Shown here: positions 19,518 to 30,034 of the stretch, piece by piece
Layout: the number at the start of each line of letters is the position of its first letter
Numbering within the stretch: the stretch's first letter is position 1
Origin: a virus
Virus record (IMG/VR): IMGVR_UViG_3300030329_003954
Location: 27,107 to 91,106 of that record
DNA length: 64,000 bases
Strand: one strand, 5' to 3'
The notes under the pieces: model-generated
Told to the model about the DNA's origin: nothing
Seen by the model: the letters and a program-made list of their open reading frames with translations, nothing else
Database searches by the model: none
Position numbers and translations under genes: made by a program

Positions 19518-21007
19518 CGACCTAGGTAATCCATCACTCCTAGCCATTTAGGGGCAGTGCTCTTGTGTTGAGTTTGCCATTCTAAAAGACCGAAAGAGCC
19601 GTATCTCCCAAAGTCTCCTGTGAGCCTATACAGCATAAAGAGATCGGCTCCCTCACTAAACCACTCATCGAGATCGATGTAGTAAAGCTGCCGCATACCT
19701 GGATCTCTGTTGGCTGCTACAAATAAGTTTGTAAGCGTTTGATTGTTTTGTGCGGCACCTACACCTACAAGATGCTGACCCCCTTCGTAGGCAAGCAATC
19801 TCAAGCCTCTTTGGTTTGTGTCAATTTTATTTTGCCTAGTGAACACATGGTGATTATTGACTATGTTTGCCTGACAGAGGGTGAGAAGATAGGGTATCGA
19901 AAAGGTCGGAGCTAGCGGAACGTTGTTTAGATTCCCAAAACCACCGCCAAAGTAAGGGGCGACCGCAAATGCATCAGCACTTTCATATGCATTCTGCCAG
20001 TCCATGATCTGCCTATTAATCCAAGGGTTAACACTCTGACCTGCAAGCACTCGTACAAGTCTCCTGTCATTTAACTGATTATACATGTTAGAGAACAGGT
20101 TGAAAACTTCCACTGATCTTTGAGAATAAAATAACCAGCCAGCGTGCCAAGGCTGTGGATTAAGCCCCAAAGCCATGCCTTCATTTTGTGCGTAAGTATT
20201 TTGATCGAAGATTCCGTTCCATACTTCATTACTATATTCCAAATAAATTGTAAGTGATGGGTCTAGAGCGATTCGACATAATAAAGCAAGATACTGAACA
20301 TATAGGTCGTTTGCCATGTGAGGCACACAGATCCACATGTTCTTACATGTCTTGTTGCACAGATCAATCATGTACAACGGGTGGACACCTTCTGATGTAG
20401 CCTGCGTGTAATTATAAAAGTTGGTAGCATCATACCAATTGATCACAGGATTATCGTTGGTCCTACCCCAATTCATGAACCTAATCGTATCGAAAGGCTC
20501 CAAGCTCTTCATGAAATCAGGATGAAATATTCTTTGTGAGTTATCATATCCAGGTAAGTAGACTCTAATATTTTCAATGGGCTGGACGATGTCAGTAATT
20601 CTAAGTGTAAAATACCCATCGCTTGGGACCTGTAAATTAATTTTAATGTGGCCTTGAGTCTGTTGAACTATTGTAACAGAACCATTACCTCCTGCTAAGG
20701 GTTGGACAGTTCCGACACCGTCGTATCGAATATTGTAGATGCCGTCAGGGTAGTTGGGAGAACCATTGGAGAATATGATAGATTCAATCCACTGATTAGA
20801 CTGAAGACTCTGAGGCCATCCCAACTCATCTGTAATGACTGTTGGGCCTGTGCCCCATGAGAATGGACTTGCTTGGTGGCTTATCCATTCACGGGAGCTT
20901 TTAAAAGCGTCTACGAAGGGAGTCTGCTGGTGCCAGTCAGTGACTGTCTCTAAATTAATACCAACAGGGCCTTGTGGGGCGAGAGCGAGCAGCATTGAAA
21001 GTAGCAT
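19514..21007 (-). CDS. Secreted putative glycoside hydrolase / carbohydrate-active protein
   Basis: Signal peptide; IRFMNW, YLEYSNEVWN, AYEGGQH. Confidence 0.65.
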   Translation of the reverse strand: MLLSMLLALAPQGPVGINLETVTDWHQQTPFVDAFKSSREWISHQASPFSWGTGPTVITDELGWPQSLQSNQWIESIIFSNGSPNYPDGIYNIRYDGVGTVQPLAGGNGSVTIVQQTQGHIKINLQVPSDGYFTLRITDIVQPIENIRVYLPGYDNSQRIFHPDFMKSLEPFDTIRFMNWGRTNDNPVINWYDATNFYNYTQATSEGVHPLYMIDLCNKTCKNMWICVPHMANDLYVQYLALLCRIALDPSLTIYLEYSNEVWNGIFDQNTYAQNEGMALGLNPQPWHAGWLFYSQRSVEVFNLFSNMYNQLNDRRLVRVLAGQSVNPWINRQIMDWQNAYESADAFAVAPYFGGGFGNLNNVPLAPTFSIPYLLTLCQANIVNNHHVFTRQNKIDTNQRGLRLLAYEGGQHLVGVGAAQNNQTLTNLFVAANRDPGMRQLYYIDLDEWFSEGADLFMLYRLTGDFGRYGSFGLLEWQTQHKSTAPKWLGVMDYLGR

Positions 21008-21025
21008 ACCTTTATATAGGCATGG

Positions 21026-21979
21026 CTACTTTCTTATTCTTCTACCTTGTTTGTCGAATTTGAGCACGCCCATATCCTTCATCAATTGAATGTTGGCTGC
21101 CCCGGTCTTTTTACCCATCGCTCTCTTCTTAGCAGCGATCTTAGACTCCTGACCTCTGACACCCATTTTGTTGACATTCTTTTTGGACATAGGCTTCTCA
21201 CTAGTGCCTTTCTTAAAGTTTTCTTTACCGCCCTTTACATCCTTTTTTACCGGGATTTGACGAGTCGGAGCACTTGGGCCTTCCGCACCTTTAGCAGGTT
21301 GAATTCTTTCTCTGCGGAACTTGCCACCGCTTCTTCCAATAGCGGCTCTGCGGCTAGGGTTCTTCTTCTTTGACACAGGCTTAGGATCTTTTTTAGCCTT
21401 TTCCTTCTTGTATGCCTCGGGATCACCTCCAGCCTGCTGAATTGAAGCAGGTGTGGTTTTCATTCGAGGATCGTTTTCTTCTTTAACACAGTTGGGGACC
21501 ATCTTTTTACCCTTCTTCTTTAATCCTTTCTGAGTCCAGCCGACCCAACACCTTTCAGCTAAATCTAATCTTGCATTTTTCACACGACGAAGCATTGCCT
21601 TGGGAACAACTTTAGGCTTTCCTTCGTTGAGTAACTTATTCACGATCATTTCACTCATTCTGTCTAAAGCGTCAGAGTTTATATCGGTTGAACAATTCCA
21701 TCTACGACGAGCCGCCTTACCACGCTCACCTGTCCATCCTCTACTTCTAGCACAGAATGACTTCCGACGTTTAGCCGCTTTGCTGCCGGGTTTCAGTTTG
21801 GAGGGAGGTGTGGTCACAGCAGTCTTCAGTTTAGAGCCTGGGTTTTGACGACGATACTTCTCAACACCTTTCTGTGTCAACCCAGCACCGCTTTTAGTAG
21901 ACCTCTTGTGCCCACCCTTCTGTGTCATACCAGACATATCACCTTTTTCTAGCAAAGCTTGCTTAAACTTTCCAACCAT
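21026..21979 (-). CDS. Basic modular protein, probable internal head protein
   Basis: GLTQKGV..YRR.NPGSKLK, RRKSFCAR, CW.G..KKKGKKMVPNCV; LLE/LNE sites; upstream TAAATA. Confidence 0.6.
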   Translation of the reverse strand: MVGKFKQALLEKGDMSGMTQKGGHKRSTKSGAGLTQKGVEKYRRQNPGSKLKTAVTTPPSKLKPGSKAAKRRKSFCARSRGWTGERGKAARRRWNCSTDINSDALDRMSEMIVNKLLNEGKPKVVPKAMLRRVKNARLDLAERCWVGWTQKGLKKKGKKMVPNCVKEENDPRMKTTPASIQQAGGDPEAYKKEKAKKDPKPVSKKKNPSRRAAIGRSGGKFRRERIQPAKGAEGPSAPTRQIPVKKDVKGGKENFKKGTSEKPMSKKNVNKMGVRGQESKIAAKKRAMGKKTGAANIQLMKDMGVLKFDKQGRRIRK

Positions 21980-22009
21980 GGCTATAATACTCCTATCCTA
22001 TTTACCCCT

Positions 22010-22786
22010 ATGATAGACTTTCTTCAAGATAAAAAGAGTTCCGTTTCTTTGGTTGATCGCATGATGGCTGACTCAGCCCTTAAAACTGTCAACGCAGCTA
22101 GATGTTCTTATGATAATGAGAAAGACCTATTTGATGATAGAGATAGGAAGCTTACAAATTTTCTGTGGAAACATGAGCACACATCTCCCTTCCGTCACAG
22201 CTACTATACATTTCAATTGAAGCTGCCAATTTTTGTGGCTAGGCAGTTAATGAAATATCAGGTTGGTTCGGGGTTTAGGTCAGTAGAGGCTGACGGAAGG
22301 GAGATATTTATTGAGGAGTTTGATCATTTGTATGATATTGACAAGGGCTGCTCCTGGAATGAAGTCAGCGGTAGATACACTAGGACATCGGATGATTATT
22401 ATCTCCCGACAGAGTTGAGATCTAATCCTCCTCATGGAAACAAGCAATCATCTGAGGAATATGAAAACCCCATGGATGAGAATACCATGGGTTATATGTA
22501 TCCAGGTGAGATTATTGAATATATGGATCAGCTATGCACTAATTCCCTACACATGTATAATCGAATGATTAAAAACGGTGTAGCTAAAGAGCAAGCAAGA
22601 GGCATCCTTCCCCAATGCATGTATACCAAGGCATACTGGACTCTCAGCCTGCAAAGTGTTATTTGGTTCTTGCATCAACGTCTAAAGCCAGACGCTCAGT
22701 ATGAGATTAGGATGCTGGCTGAAGGCATCTACGAATTGATGAGAGATGATCTTTGCAAACTAGGCATTACAAAGGAGAGTCTGTGA
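22010..22786 (+). CDS. thyX: Flavin-dependent thymidylate synthase
   Basis: AARCSY, H.SPF.H, PIFVARQ, WNEVSGRY, EQARGILP, AQYEIR. Confidence 0.92.
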   Translation: MIDFLQDKKSSVSLVDRMMADSALKTVNAARCSYDNEKDLFDDRDRKLTNFLWKHEHTSPFRHSYYTFQLKLPIFVARQLMKYQVGSGFRSVEADGREIFIEEFDHLYDIDKGCSWNEVSGRYTRTSDDYYLPTELRSNPPHGNKQSSEEYENPMDENTMGYMYPGEIIEYMDQLCTNSLHMYNRMIKNGVAKEQARGILPQCMYTKAYWTLSLQSVIWFLHQRLKPDAQYEIRMLAEGIYELMRDDLCKLGITKESL

Positions 22787-23835
22787 AGAAATGCCTGATC
22801 ATTGGAGACACTCACTATGATACCAAATGTGAAGGCTATCTCCAAAGCCAAATAGAATCTACGATTAGGCTTGTCAATGAGCACAAGCCAACTCATATTG
22901 TTTTCCTTGGTGACATCTATCACCATCGAAAGCCTTCACCTGATGTGATCGTAGAAACTCATAAGATGTTTCAGAAACTGGCTCTTATCCCAGGTCTAAA
23001 ACTCATGTATGTGCTTAGAGGGAACCATGATTCGCAAAATAGAAACGATGACGGGTTGACTGCGCTGGAAACACTTTGCTACCCAGGGTCAAAAGTGCGG
23101 CTTGTCCAGCAGACTCACGTTGATACTAATCTTAAGTTATTACTAATACCACACTATGAAAATGAAGAAACGATTAAGGAACACTTACGTAGAGGACCTG
23201 ATGATAATTATATCGCTTTCGGCCATTTCAGCTACTGTCCTGATCACCTTGGCATTCGTGGCTTTAACTCTAGCCTTACGCTGAAAGACTTTGAATGTCG
23301 TACAATTCTTGGTCACATTCATAAGTATTTAGAGGATGAGCACGTAACTATTCTCGGAACTCCCTGGTCTACAAACTTCGGAGAAGCTGATAATGAACAT
23401 TACGTTGGCATCCTAGAGGAAACTCCTAACGGCTGGGGGCCACTTAATAAATTTAAAGTAGGATTTGGACCTCGCTTCTACGAGGCCCCCTACGATGCTC
23501 TTGAGGCAATGGAAGAGGAGATCTCAGATCCGAGCTACTTTACTCTTCTGCGCGTTACTATTGACAAGTTCTCAGAGGATCCACCTTCTCTTCTTCGCGC
23601 TGACATTGCTAATAAATTTAAAGTGGCTTATGTCGATTTAAAGTTTCAACCCGTTTATGATGATACTTTGAACGAGAGATTGTCGGGCTATGATCCTAAT
23701 GTGCCTTTAACTGTAATTGATGCAGATATCATTGGGAAGTATATCGAAGAGCAATGCTCCACAATACCTAAGGAGAGATTAGAGGAAGGGCTAAACCTTA
23801 TCAAAGATTATGCAGATCAAGAAGATCACAGCTAA
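22783..23835 (+). CDS. gp47: Recombination nuclease subunit (gp47/SbcD/Mre11)
   Basis: GDTH, LGDIY, GNHD, GHIH. Confidence 0.9.
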   Translation: MKKCLIIGDTHYDTKCEGYLQSQIESTIRLVNEHKPTHIVFLGDIYHHRKPSPDVIVETHKMFQKLALIPGLKLMYVLRGNHDSQNRNDDGLTALETLCYPGSKVRLVQQTHVDTNLKLLLIPHYENEETIKEHLRRGPDDNYIAFGHFSYCPDHLGIRGFNSSLTLKDFECRTILGHIHKYLEDEHVTILGTPWSTNFGEADNEHYVGILEETPNGWGPLNKFKVGFGPRFYEAPYDALEAMEEEISDPSYFTLLRVTIDKFSEDPPSLLRADIANKFKVAYVDLKFQPVYDDTLNERLSGYDPNVPLTVIDADIIGKYIEEQCSTIPKERLEEGLNLIKDYADQEDHS

Positions 23836-25411
23836 AAACTTCTACTCATTCAAACATTTAGACCTAAACTTCTCGGACCTCGATGGGATAACCAGGATCC
23901 TGGGTCGGAACAAAGATAGTGGAGGATCCAATGGCGCTGGCAAGAGTGCTCTGTTTGAGGCTGTCACCTGGGGCATCTATGGCACCACGATTCGCAAGTC
24001 TACCGAGGCGGCTCTAGTTAACGCTCAGGCTGGCAAGGATTGCTCTGTATGCGTTGAAATTGAAAAGAAGGGTATTGGGACCATCGTAATTACGAGGTCT
24101 AAGAGACCCACTGGTTTGGACGTAGAAGTTAACGGCACCTTGGTAAACAAGTCTAATGCGACTCAAACTCAAGAGGCATTAGAGGAATTGCTTGAGAGCG
24201 ACTACAAATCTTTCCTTGCATCAGTGGTGTTTGGTCAACACTCTACATTCACCTTTCTCGATTCGACCCCAGAAGATAAGCGTAAGATTATTAAGAACTG
24301 TTTTAACCTTGATGACATTTTCTCAAAGCGTGCATCCGTTAAGCAATTAAAGTCTTCGTACCAAGGCGAGTTAAAGGTAATTGGAACTCTGTTAGCTAAT
24401 CTTATCAACGAGAGAGATAAGTTGCAGGCTGAAGTCCCTGATGAGAAGTATAAGCTCATGAAGCTCCCAAGCCTGGAGAATATTCTAAAAGATGAATCCA
24501 AGATCGCTGAAAATGAGAAACACATACGAGAGTATCAACGAGCGATAAAAAAAGAACGTGACCGTCTTCGTAGAGTTAACGATGCAATTAAGGAAGGAGT
24601 CTACGAGGAAGAAAAAGAATGCCATGTCTGTAAAAGCACTTACTCCAAGTCTCAAACAAAAAAGGACATAGCGGAACTTAAGAAAGAAGCGAAAGAGTTA
24701 ACAAGCCAACTTAAAGATAAGGAGATCTTGGTAAAGGACCTCAGAGACATTAATGACACATCAAAGCCGAAGATTTCTTCGTCTGAGTGGGCAAAATACA
24801 ATAAGAAAAATAAACAGATTGAGAATGCTCAAAGTAGCATACATAGATTATCCCAAGTGTCAGCGCAGTTAGAGGAATATGAAGCCAAAAGACTTGAGCT
24901 TGATTCTTTACTTGAGGTTATGAAGTTCTGGGAGATTGCTTTCTCAGAAAAGGGGCTTATTCGTTACATCATTAGGAACATTTTGGATTACTTTAACTTA
25001 CGATCTAACGAGTATGCTTCAATCCTTACTGGTGGACAGTTCTCTTTGGAGTTCAACGATGAACTGTCAGAAACCATTTGTAACAACAACGTAGAGACCA
25101 AGTATATTTCTTTATCTGGGGGTGAGAAAAGGAAGGTCAACCTAGCTATAATGCTTGCCCTTCAAGATCTTAGCTCTAAGATTTCGAGAACTGATTGCAA
25201 CCTCTTGTTCTTTGATGAGGTTTGTGATAACATCGACAATCCTGGTATCTTGGCCGTTAACAGTCTTCTTCGCACTTTAGAATCCCAGAACCCTGAGAAG
25301 AAGGTCTTAGTGATTACACATAATAACTATTTACAGGAACTTCTGGGGGATACGAACGCAATTACAGTTAGAAAACACAAAGGTATTAGCAAGATTAGCA
25401 ATGGCAATTAA
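23810..25411 (+). CDS. gp46: Recombination ATPase subunit (gp46/SbcC/Rad50)
   Basis: NGAGKS, CHVC hook, LSGGE, FFDE, ITH. Confidence 0.93.
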   Translation: MQIKKITAKNFYSFKHLDLNFSDLDGITRILGRNKDSGGSNGAGKSALFEAVTWGIYGTTIRKSTEAALVNAQAGKDCSVCVEIEKKGIGTIVITRSKRPTGLDVEVNGTLVNKSNATQTQEALEELLESDYKSFLASVVFGQHSTFTFLDSTPEDKRKIIKNCFNLDDIFSKRASVKQLKSSYQGELKVIGTLLANLINERDKLQAEVPDEKYKLMKLPSLENILKDESKIAENEKHIREYQRAIKKERDRLRRVNDAIKEGVYEEEKECHVCKSTYSKSQTKKDIAELKKEAKELTSQLKDKEILVKDLRDINDTSKPKISSSEWAKYNKKNKQIENAQSSIHRLSQVSAQLEEYEAKRLELDSLLEVMKFWEIAFSEKGLIRYIIRNILDYFNLRSNEYASILTGGQFSLEFNDELSETICNNNVETKYISLSGGEKRKVNLAIMLALQDLSSKISRTDCNLLFFDEVCDNIDNPGILAVNSLLRTLESQNPEKKVLVITHNNYLQELLGDTNAITVRKHKGISKISNGN

Positions 25412-27305
25412 ACAATTGGATAGTATAGGTCAAGAAATTTTCATGTCTCGTTACGCTTACCCAGGCGAAACGAAATATTCAGAGAGATGTAAGGCGATGG
25501 CGAAGCACATCGCATCTGTTGAAGGTGATGAAGAAATTGAAAAGTATGAGAAGAAGTTCTACGACGCCCTCAGCACTGGTGATCTTGTACCTGGGGGTCG
25601 TATTATTTATGGTGCTGGCCGTAGTCAGCAAAATCTTCTCAATTGTTACGCTATTGAGCCTGACGACAGTGTAGAATCTATCGGTAAGACCATTCAAGAT
25701 ATGTATCGCATCTCCTGTGGGGGTGGTGGCATTGGTTTTAACTTCTCTAAGATTCGCCCGAAGGGCGATGACATTGGTAACGTGAAGAACTCTGCTCCTG
25801 GCTCTGTGTCGGTGATGCAAATGATTAACGAGGTAGGAAATCATGTTAAAGCAGGTAAAAACAGACGAACAGCACTTATGGCAGAACTTAATGTGGATCA
25901 CCCTGATCTACTGGACTTTTTGCATATTAAGCTGGATCTTTCTCAGTTAACAAACTTCAACATCTCAGTTGCGATTACTGATAAGTTTATTGAAGCATGT
26001 GAAAATGATGACACTTGGCAGTTTAAGTTTGGCAACCGGGATTACAAGGTGTACTCGGCAAACAGAATCTCCAGTGATGGACACAGTGAGGTTATCAACA
26101 TTGTCGCACTGTCTGAAGAGGATGCTCTTGGTCGTGCGAAGCAACACCATCTTCGTGGCTGGGATGACCAATTTGAGGATGTTCAGGAAGTTCAATTCAA
26201 GGCTATTGACCTGTGGAATCGACTGTGGAAGAATGCTGTGAAGTCTGGTGAGCCGGGTATCTTTAACCTGTCGCTGACAAATCGTTACACCAACATGTCC
26301 TACTTCCTTCGCATGAATGCCACTAACCCTTGTGGTGAGATTCCATTAGACTCTTACGCCAATTGCTGCTTGGGTCATATCAATCTGTCCAACATGGTGA
26401 ACGAGGATTCTAGCGATTTGGATTGGAATCGGCTTGCTAGGACTATTCGCACTGGCATTCGATTCCTCGACAATACTCTAACTGCAAATCACTACCCTAT
26501 TGAAGAGTGTAAGATTGCAGGTGATCGCTCCCGCCGTATTGGTTTGGGCACGATGGGTTTGCACCACATGCTTATCAAACTTGGCATCAAGTATGGCACG
26601 GACAAATGCATTGAGTTTATTGATCGACTCTATACCACGATTCGTAACGAGTCTTACCTTGCGTCGGTTTACATCGCCCGTGAGCGTGGCTCTTTCCCCG
26701 AGTTCAATGCTCGCAAATACCTGAACGAAGAGTTCGCTAAGACGCTTCCGGCTCGTATCAGGATGCTTATTAAGGAGCATGGCATTCGTAATGCTGTCAT
26801 GCTTACTGCCGCTCCCACGGGTACTGTCGGTATGATTCACGGTGCGTCTACGGGTATTGAACCCATCTTTGCCCCGATGTATGATCGCCGCTACCGTGAG
26901 GGTAATACTTGGAAGTCTCAGATGGTTCTCGATCCTCTGTTCAAAAAAGATCTAGAATCTGGTGGCAATGGTCGTCACATTGTAGGATCCTATGATATTA
27001 CTCCTGAGCAACACATGGCTGTTCAGGCATGTATTCAAAAGTATGTGGACAATGCAATCAGTAAGACTATCAATCTCCCTGAAGATGCTGATTACGAAGT
27101 TGTTTCCAAAATGGCTTTGAAGTATGCTCCTTATCTTAAGGGCATGACTGTCTATCGTGCGGGTTCGAAGGGCATGGAGCCACTCAAAGCCCTGCCACTT
27201 ACTGACGAAAATATTGCCAAGGCTAAGGAACTTATTGCAAGCGATCAAGCTGAATCAGAAATGGCTGTGGAAGCCTGCAAGATTGGTGGGGAGTGTGGAG
27301 CCTAA
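25401..27305 (+). CDS. nrdJ: Ribonucleotide reductase, probably class II (B12-dependent)
   Basis: PGGRI, NCY, NPCGEI, RRIGLG, APTGT, C-terminal CKIGGEC; no nrdB in window. Confidence 0.8.
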   Translation: MAIKQLDSIGQEIFMSRYAYPGETKYSERCKAMAKHIASVEGDEEIEKYEKKFYDALSTGDLVPGGRIIYGAGRSQQNLLNCYAIEPDDSVESIGKTIQDMYRISCGGGGIGFNFSKIRPKGDDIGNVKNSAPGSVSVMQMINEVGNHVKAGKNRRTALMAELNVDHPDLLDFLHIKLDLSQLTNFNISVAITDKFIEACENDDTWQFKFGNRDYKVYSANRISSDGHSEVINIVALSEEDALGRAKQHHLRGWDDQFEDVQEVQFKAIDLWNRLWKNAVKSGEPGIFNLSLTNRYTNMSYFLRMNATNPCGEIPLDSYANCCLGHINLSNMVNEDSSDLDWNRLARTIRTGIRFLDNTLTANHYPIEECKIAGDRSRRIGLGTMGLHHMLIKLGIKYGTDKCIEFIDRLYTTIRNESYLASVYIARERGSFPEFNARKYLNEEFAKTLPARIRMLIKEHGIRNAVMLTAAPTGTVGMIHGASTGIEPIFAPMYDRRYREGNTWKSQMVLDPLFKKDLESGGNGRHIVGSYDITPEQHMAVQACIQKYVDNAISKTINLPEDADYEVVSKMALKYAPYLKGMTVYRAGSKGMEPLKALPLTDENIAKAKELIASDQAESEMAVEACKIGGECGA

Positions 27306-27862
27306 TGCCTTACTATAACTATTACTGCGTGGAGTGTGACAAAGAAGAAATGCGTCACATTCCTTTGGTGGATGACGTATTCACTGAACAAGTTTTAGTT
27401 AGTAGCCTCAGTCAGGAAGAGATTGATGCTCTCCCTGACTGGGACGATCCTAGGGATTATGAAGTTTATAAGGAAGTTAAGTATGGAGATATGCCACCTG
27501 ATGTGGTAGACTGTCTCTGTGGAGGCAAAGGCGAGCGTCTGGTTGACGGAGCACCAATGATTAAGCATGGTAGAAACTCTTACCAAGCAATGAAGGAACG
27601 TCAACGCTACCACACTGAAGGTATGGATAAAGTGCAAGCAGAAAAGTTCTATAAAGAATCTTGCGAAGCAACAAAAGAAAGAATTAAAACAGGCGATCAG
27701 CACTACAAGAGGGTGGTTCCTAATTGGAAAGTCCTTGAGAAGGAAGGAGTCGTCAAAAGAACTAGCTCTGATCAAGCCACAAAGAACAGAGAAATTTTAA
27801 AGCAAGCAAACATTCAAGCAACAAAAGACGGTACCATCGGAAAAGCAGCTAGGAAAAAGTAG
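27305..27862 (+). CDS. FmdB-like zinc-ribbon protein
   Basis: MPYYNYYCVEC...CLCGG; TAATG coupling. Confidence 0.6.
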   Translation: MPYYNYYCVECDKEEMRHIPLVDDVFTEQVLVSSLSQEEIDALPDWDDPRDYEVYKEVKYGDMPPDVVDCLCGGKGERLVDGAPMIKHGRNSYQAMKERQRYHTEGMDKVQAEKFYKESCEATKERIKTGDQHYKRVVPNWKVLEKEGVVKRTSSDQATKNREILKQANIQATKDGTIGKAARKK

Positions 27863-27883
27863 ACCCTGACCCTATCATAAACT

Positions 27884-29194
27884 ATGCCCTACCATATTAG
27901 CGACAACACCAAGCGTGGTTGTCTGTACCTTCTCAAGAAGGACATTGAGTTCTTCTCTGAGATCGTTCCACTTCTAAAGGCTGATTACTTCGACTTTCCT
28001 GCTTACAAGAATGTTTTCTTGGGGGTAAGGAATTACTACGATAAGTATCGAAAGCTGCCCTCTGACTCAGTTCTGCCAGACTACATTAATGCTAGCGTCT
28101 CTGGTGCGGCTGACACTGGTATTGATTACGAGAATACCATTGCAGAGATCAACACTATCGACAAGTCTTGCCTTGGTGACCGTGAATTCCTTCTCGACAC
28201 CGTAGAAGAGTTCGCTCGCCAAAAGGCAATGGACGGTGCGGTTCGTAAAGCGATGGTCATCCTAAACGAAGAGGGTGAAATCGCAGAGGTTGAGGAGCTT
28301 GTAAAGAACGCGCTACTCGTAAATCGCAACGTAGACGTTGGCCAGGACTACTTTGAAGAAGTTAACGCTCGCCTATACAGATCTTACCAGGATAACAACC
28401 AGCGAAAAATTTCTACAGTCTTCGCTACCCATGATAGGCACCTTGAAGGTGGTTTAGCAGCTAAAGAGCTTGCCATTGTGGTCGCACCTCCAGGTGTTGG
28501 TAAGTCACTATACCTTGTGAACCAGGGTGCTCATGCCATCTATGAGGGTAAGAATGTCTTGTATCTCTCATTGGAGATGAGCCAAGATAAGATCGCAGGA
28601 CGATTCGACTCTGTGCTCACAGAGATTCGTAATGCTGATCTCAAGAAGCCTCATGCTCAGTTGAAACTTAAGGATCGCCTTAAAGAAGTTCAGAAGAAAA
28701 CCAACGGCAGGCTGATTATTAAAGAATTCCCAACGGGTGCATCTAATGTAAATCAGTTGCGAGCCCTGCTGGTACAGTTGCGACTTCACAAGGACTTCGT
28801 ACCTGATCTGATTATTGTAGACTACCTGGAGCTTCTACGTCCAAACCGTATTATTGATTCTGAGTATCAAGCTCAACAGAGAATCGCAGAGGAGCTTCGA
28901 GGGCTTGCGGTCGAGCATAATTGCCTTGTCTGGACAGCCTCTCAAACCAACCGTCAGGCACGCCGTGTCAACATTATCACAGACGCAGAGCTTGGCGACT
29001 CCTATGGAAAAATCCGCCCTGCTGACTGGGTCATCTCTTTGAATCAGACTCAAGAGGAGTATGATGAGGGTCAAATGCGGGTCTTCGTTATTAAGGCTCG
29101 TGACTCGAAACAGCACTATCTAATTAATATTGGGATCGACTACACGACCCTTCAGATGAGAGAACCATCACATGAAGAACAGCAAGCCGAGTGA
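27884..29194 (+). CDS. gp41: Replicative helicase (gp41/DnaB-like)
   Basis: APPGVGKS, SLEMS, IVDYLEL, WTASQTNR. Confidence 0.93.
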   Translation: MPYHISDNTKRGCLYLLKKDIEFFSEIVPLLKADYFDFPAYKNVFLGVRNYYDKYRKLPSDSVLPDYINASVSGAADTGIDYENTIAEINTIDKSCLGDREFLLDTVEEFARQKAMDGAVRKAMVILNEEGEIAEVEELVKNALLVNRNVDVGQDYFEEVNARLYRSYQDNNQRKISTVFATHDRHLEGGLAAKELAIVVAPPGVGKSLYLVNQGAHAIYEGKNVLYLSLEMSQDKIAGRFDSVLTEIRNADLKKPHAQLKLKDRLKEVQKKTNGRLIIKEFPTGASNVNQLRALLVQLRLHKDFVPDLIIVDYLELLRPNRIIDSEYQAQQRIAEELRGLAVEHNCLVWTASQTNRQARRVNIITDAELGDSYGKIRPADWVISLNQTQEEYDEGQMRVFVIKARDSKQHYLINIGIDYTTLQMREPSHEEQQAE

Positions 29195-29573
29195 TTTCCC
29201 TTTTATAAAAGACAAAAAACATATCTACAATAAATTTGTAGATAAAGAAATCGGTGAGATAGAACTGGGGTGGGCCACGTTCACCTTTGAGCTTCACTCA
29301 GACTTGCATCAGGACGATCAGAAAGTTGACGGCGTATGCTGTTGGGATGAGCGTGCAATAAAATTAGAGATGAATCTCTCTGATTTCGATGCTCGTGAGA
29401 CTATAATTCATGAAATCTACCACTGTATGCTAGAAGGTGTAGGATTAGACGAGAAAAACTTTGACCAGCAGAGGATGTTTATGTCTAATGAGCAGCTTGT
29501 GGTAGCCCTCACTAAACAGACCATGTTAATTCAAAAGTTTAACCCCAAATTATTCGCAACAATTTATGCTTGA
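29172..29573 (+). CDS. HExxH metallopeptidase-like protein
   Basis: ETIIHEIYH...E. Confidence 0.7.
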   Translation: MKNSKPSDFPFIKDKKHIYNKFVDKEIGEIELGWATFTFELHSDLHQDDQKVDGVCCWDERAIKLEMNLSDFDARETIIHEIYHCMLEGVGLDEKNFDQQRMFMSNEQLVVALTKQTMLIQKFNPKLFATIYA

Positions 29574-29988
29574 TCCAGAAAACATTACGCAGGAATCCTA
29601 CGAAACCGCTATTAGGGACGTAGGGCAAGTGGCCCGTGATCCAAACGAGGTCGCCAACCAGCTTCGTGAAATCTCAGCACTCTACGGCTATTATTATGGT
29701 GTCATGATTAAGGTCAAAAGACTCCTAGACAACGCTGAGGATGCTTTGGAGAACTATAAGGCATCTGCTCGTACCGCCAAAAGAAGCGAAGGCGTTAAGC
29801 TGACTGCTGTCGCCGCTGAAGATTACGTTCAGTCGCTTGAGGTGACTGGAGAATTAAACAACGAATTTCGTCGTCTCAAGGAAAGCTACGGCTATGCTAA
29901 GGGTATCTGTAGCACCTTGGAGATGAAGAAAGATATGCTTGTCCAGCTTTCCGCTAACAGTCGGCAGGAATCCAAGCTTTACCAGTAA
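29566..29988 (+). CDS. UvsY-like recombination mediator
   Basis: Helical, 140 aa, KKDMLVQL; between helicase and SSB. Confidence 0.6.
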   Translation: MLDPENITQESYETAIRDVGQVARDPNEVANQLREISALYGYYYGVMIKVKRLLDNAEDALENYKASARTAKRSEGVKLTAVAAEDYVQSLEVTGELNNEFRRLKESYGYAKGICSTLEMKKDMLVQLSANSRQESKLYQ

Positions 29989-30034
29989 CTTGTTAGAACT
30001 CGATTGCAAACCAACAGCCTAAAGGAGAAATAAA

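Noticed and set aside
26035-26200. Intein in the RNR insertion
   Set aside because: About 50 aa with no splice-junction residues
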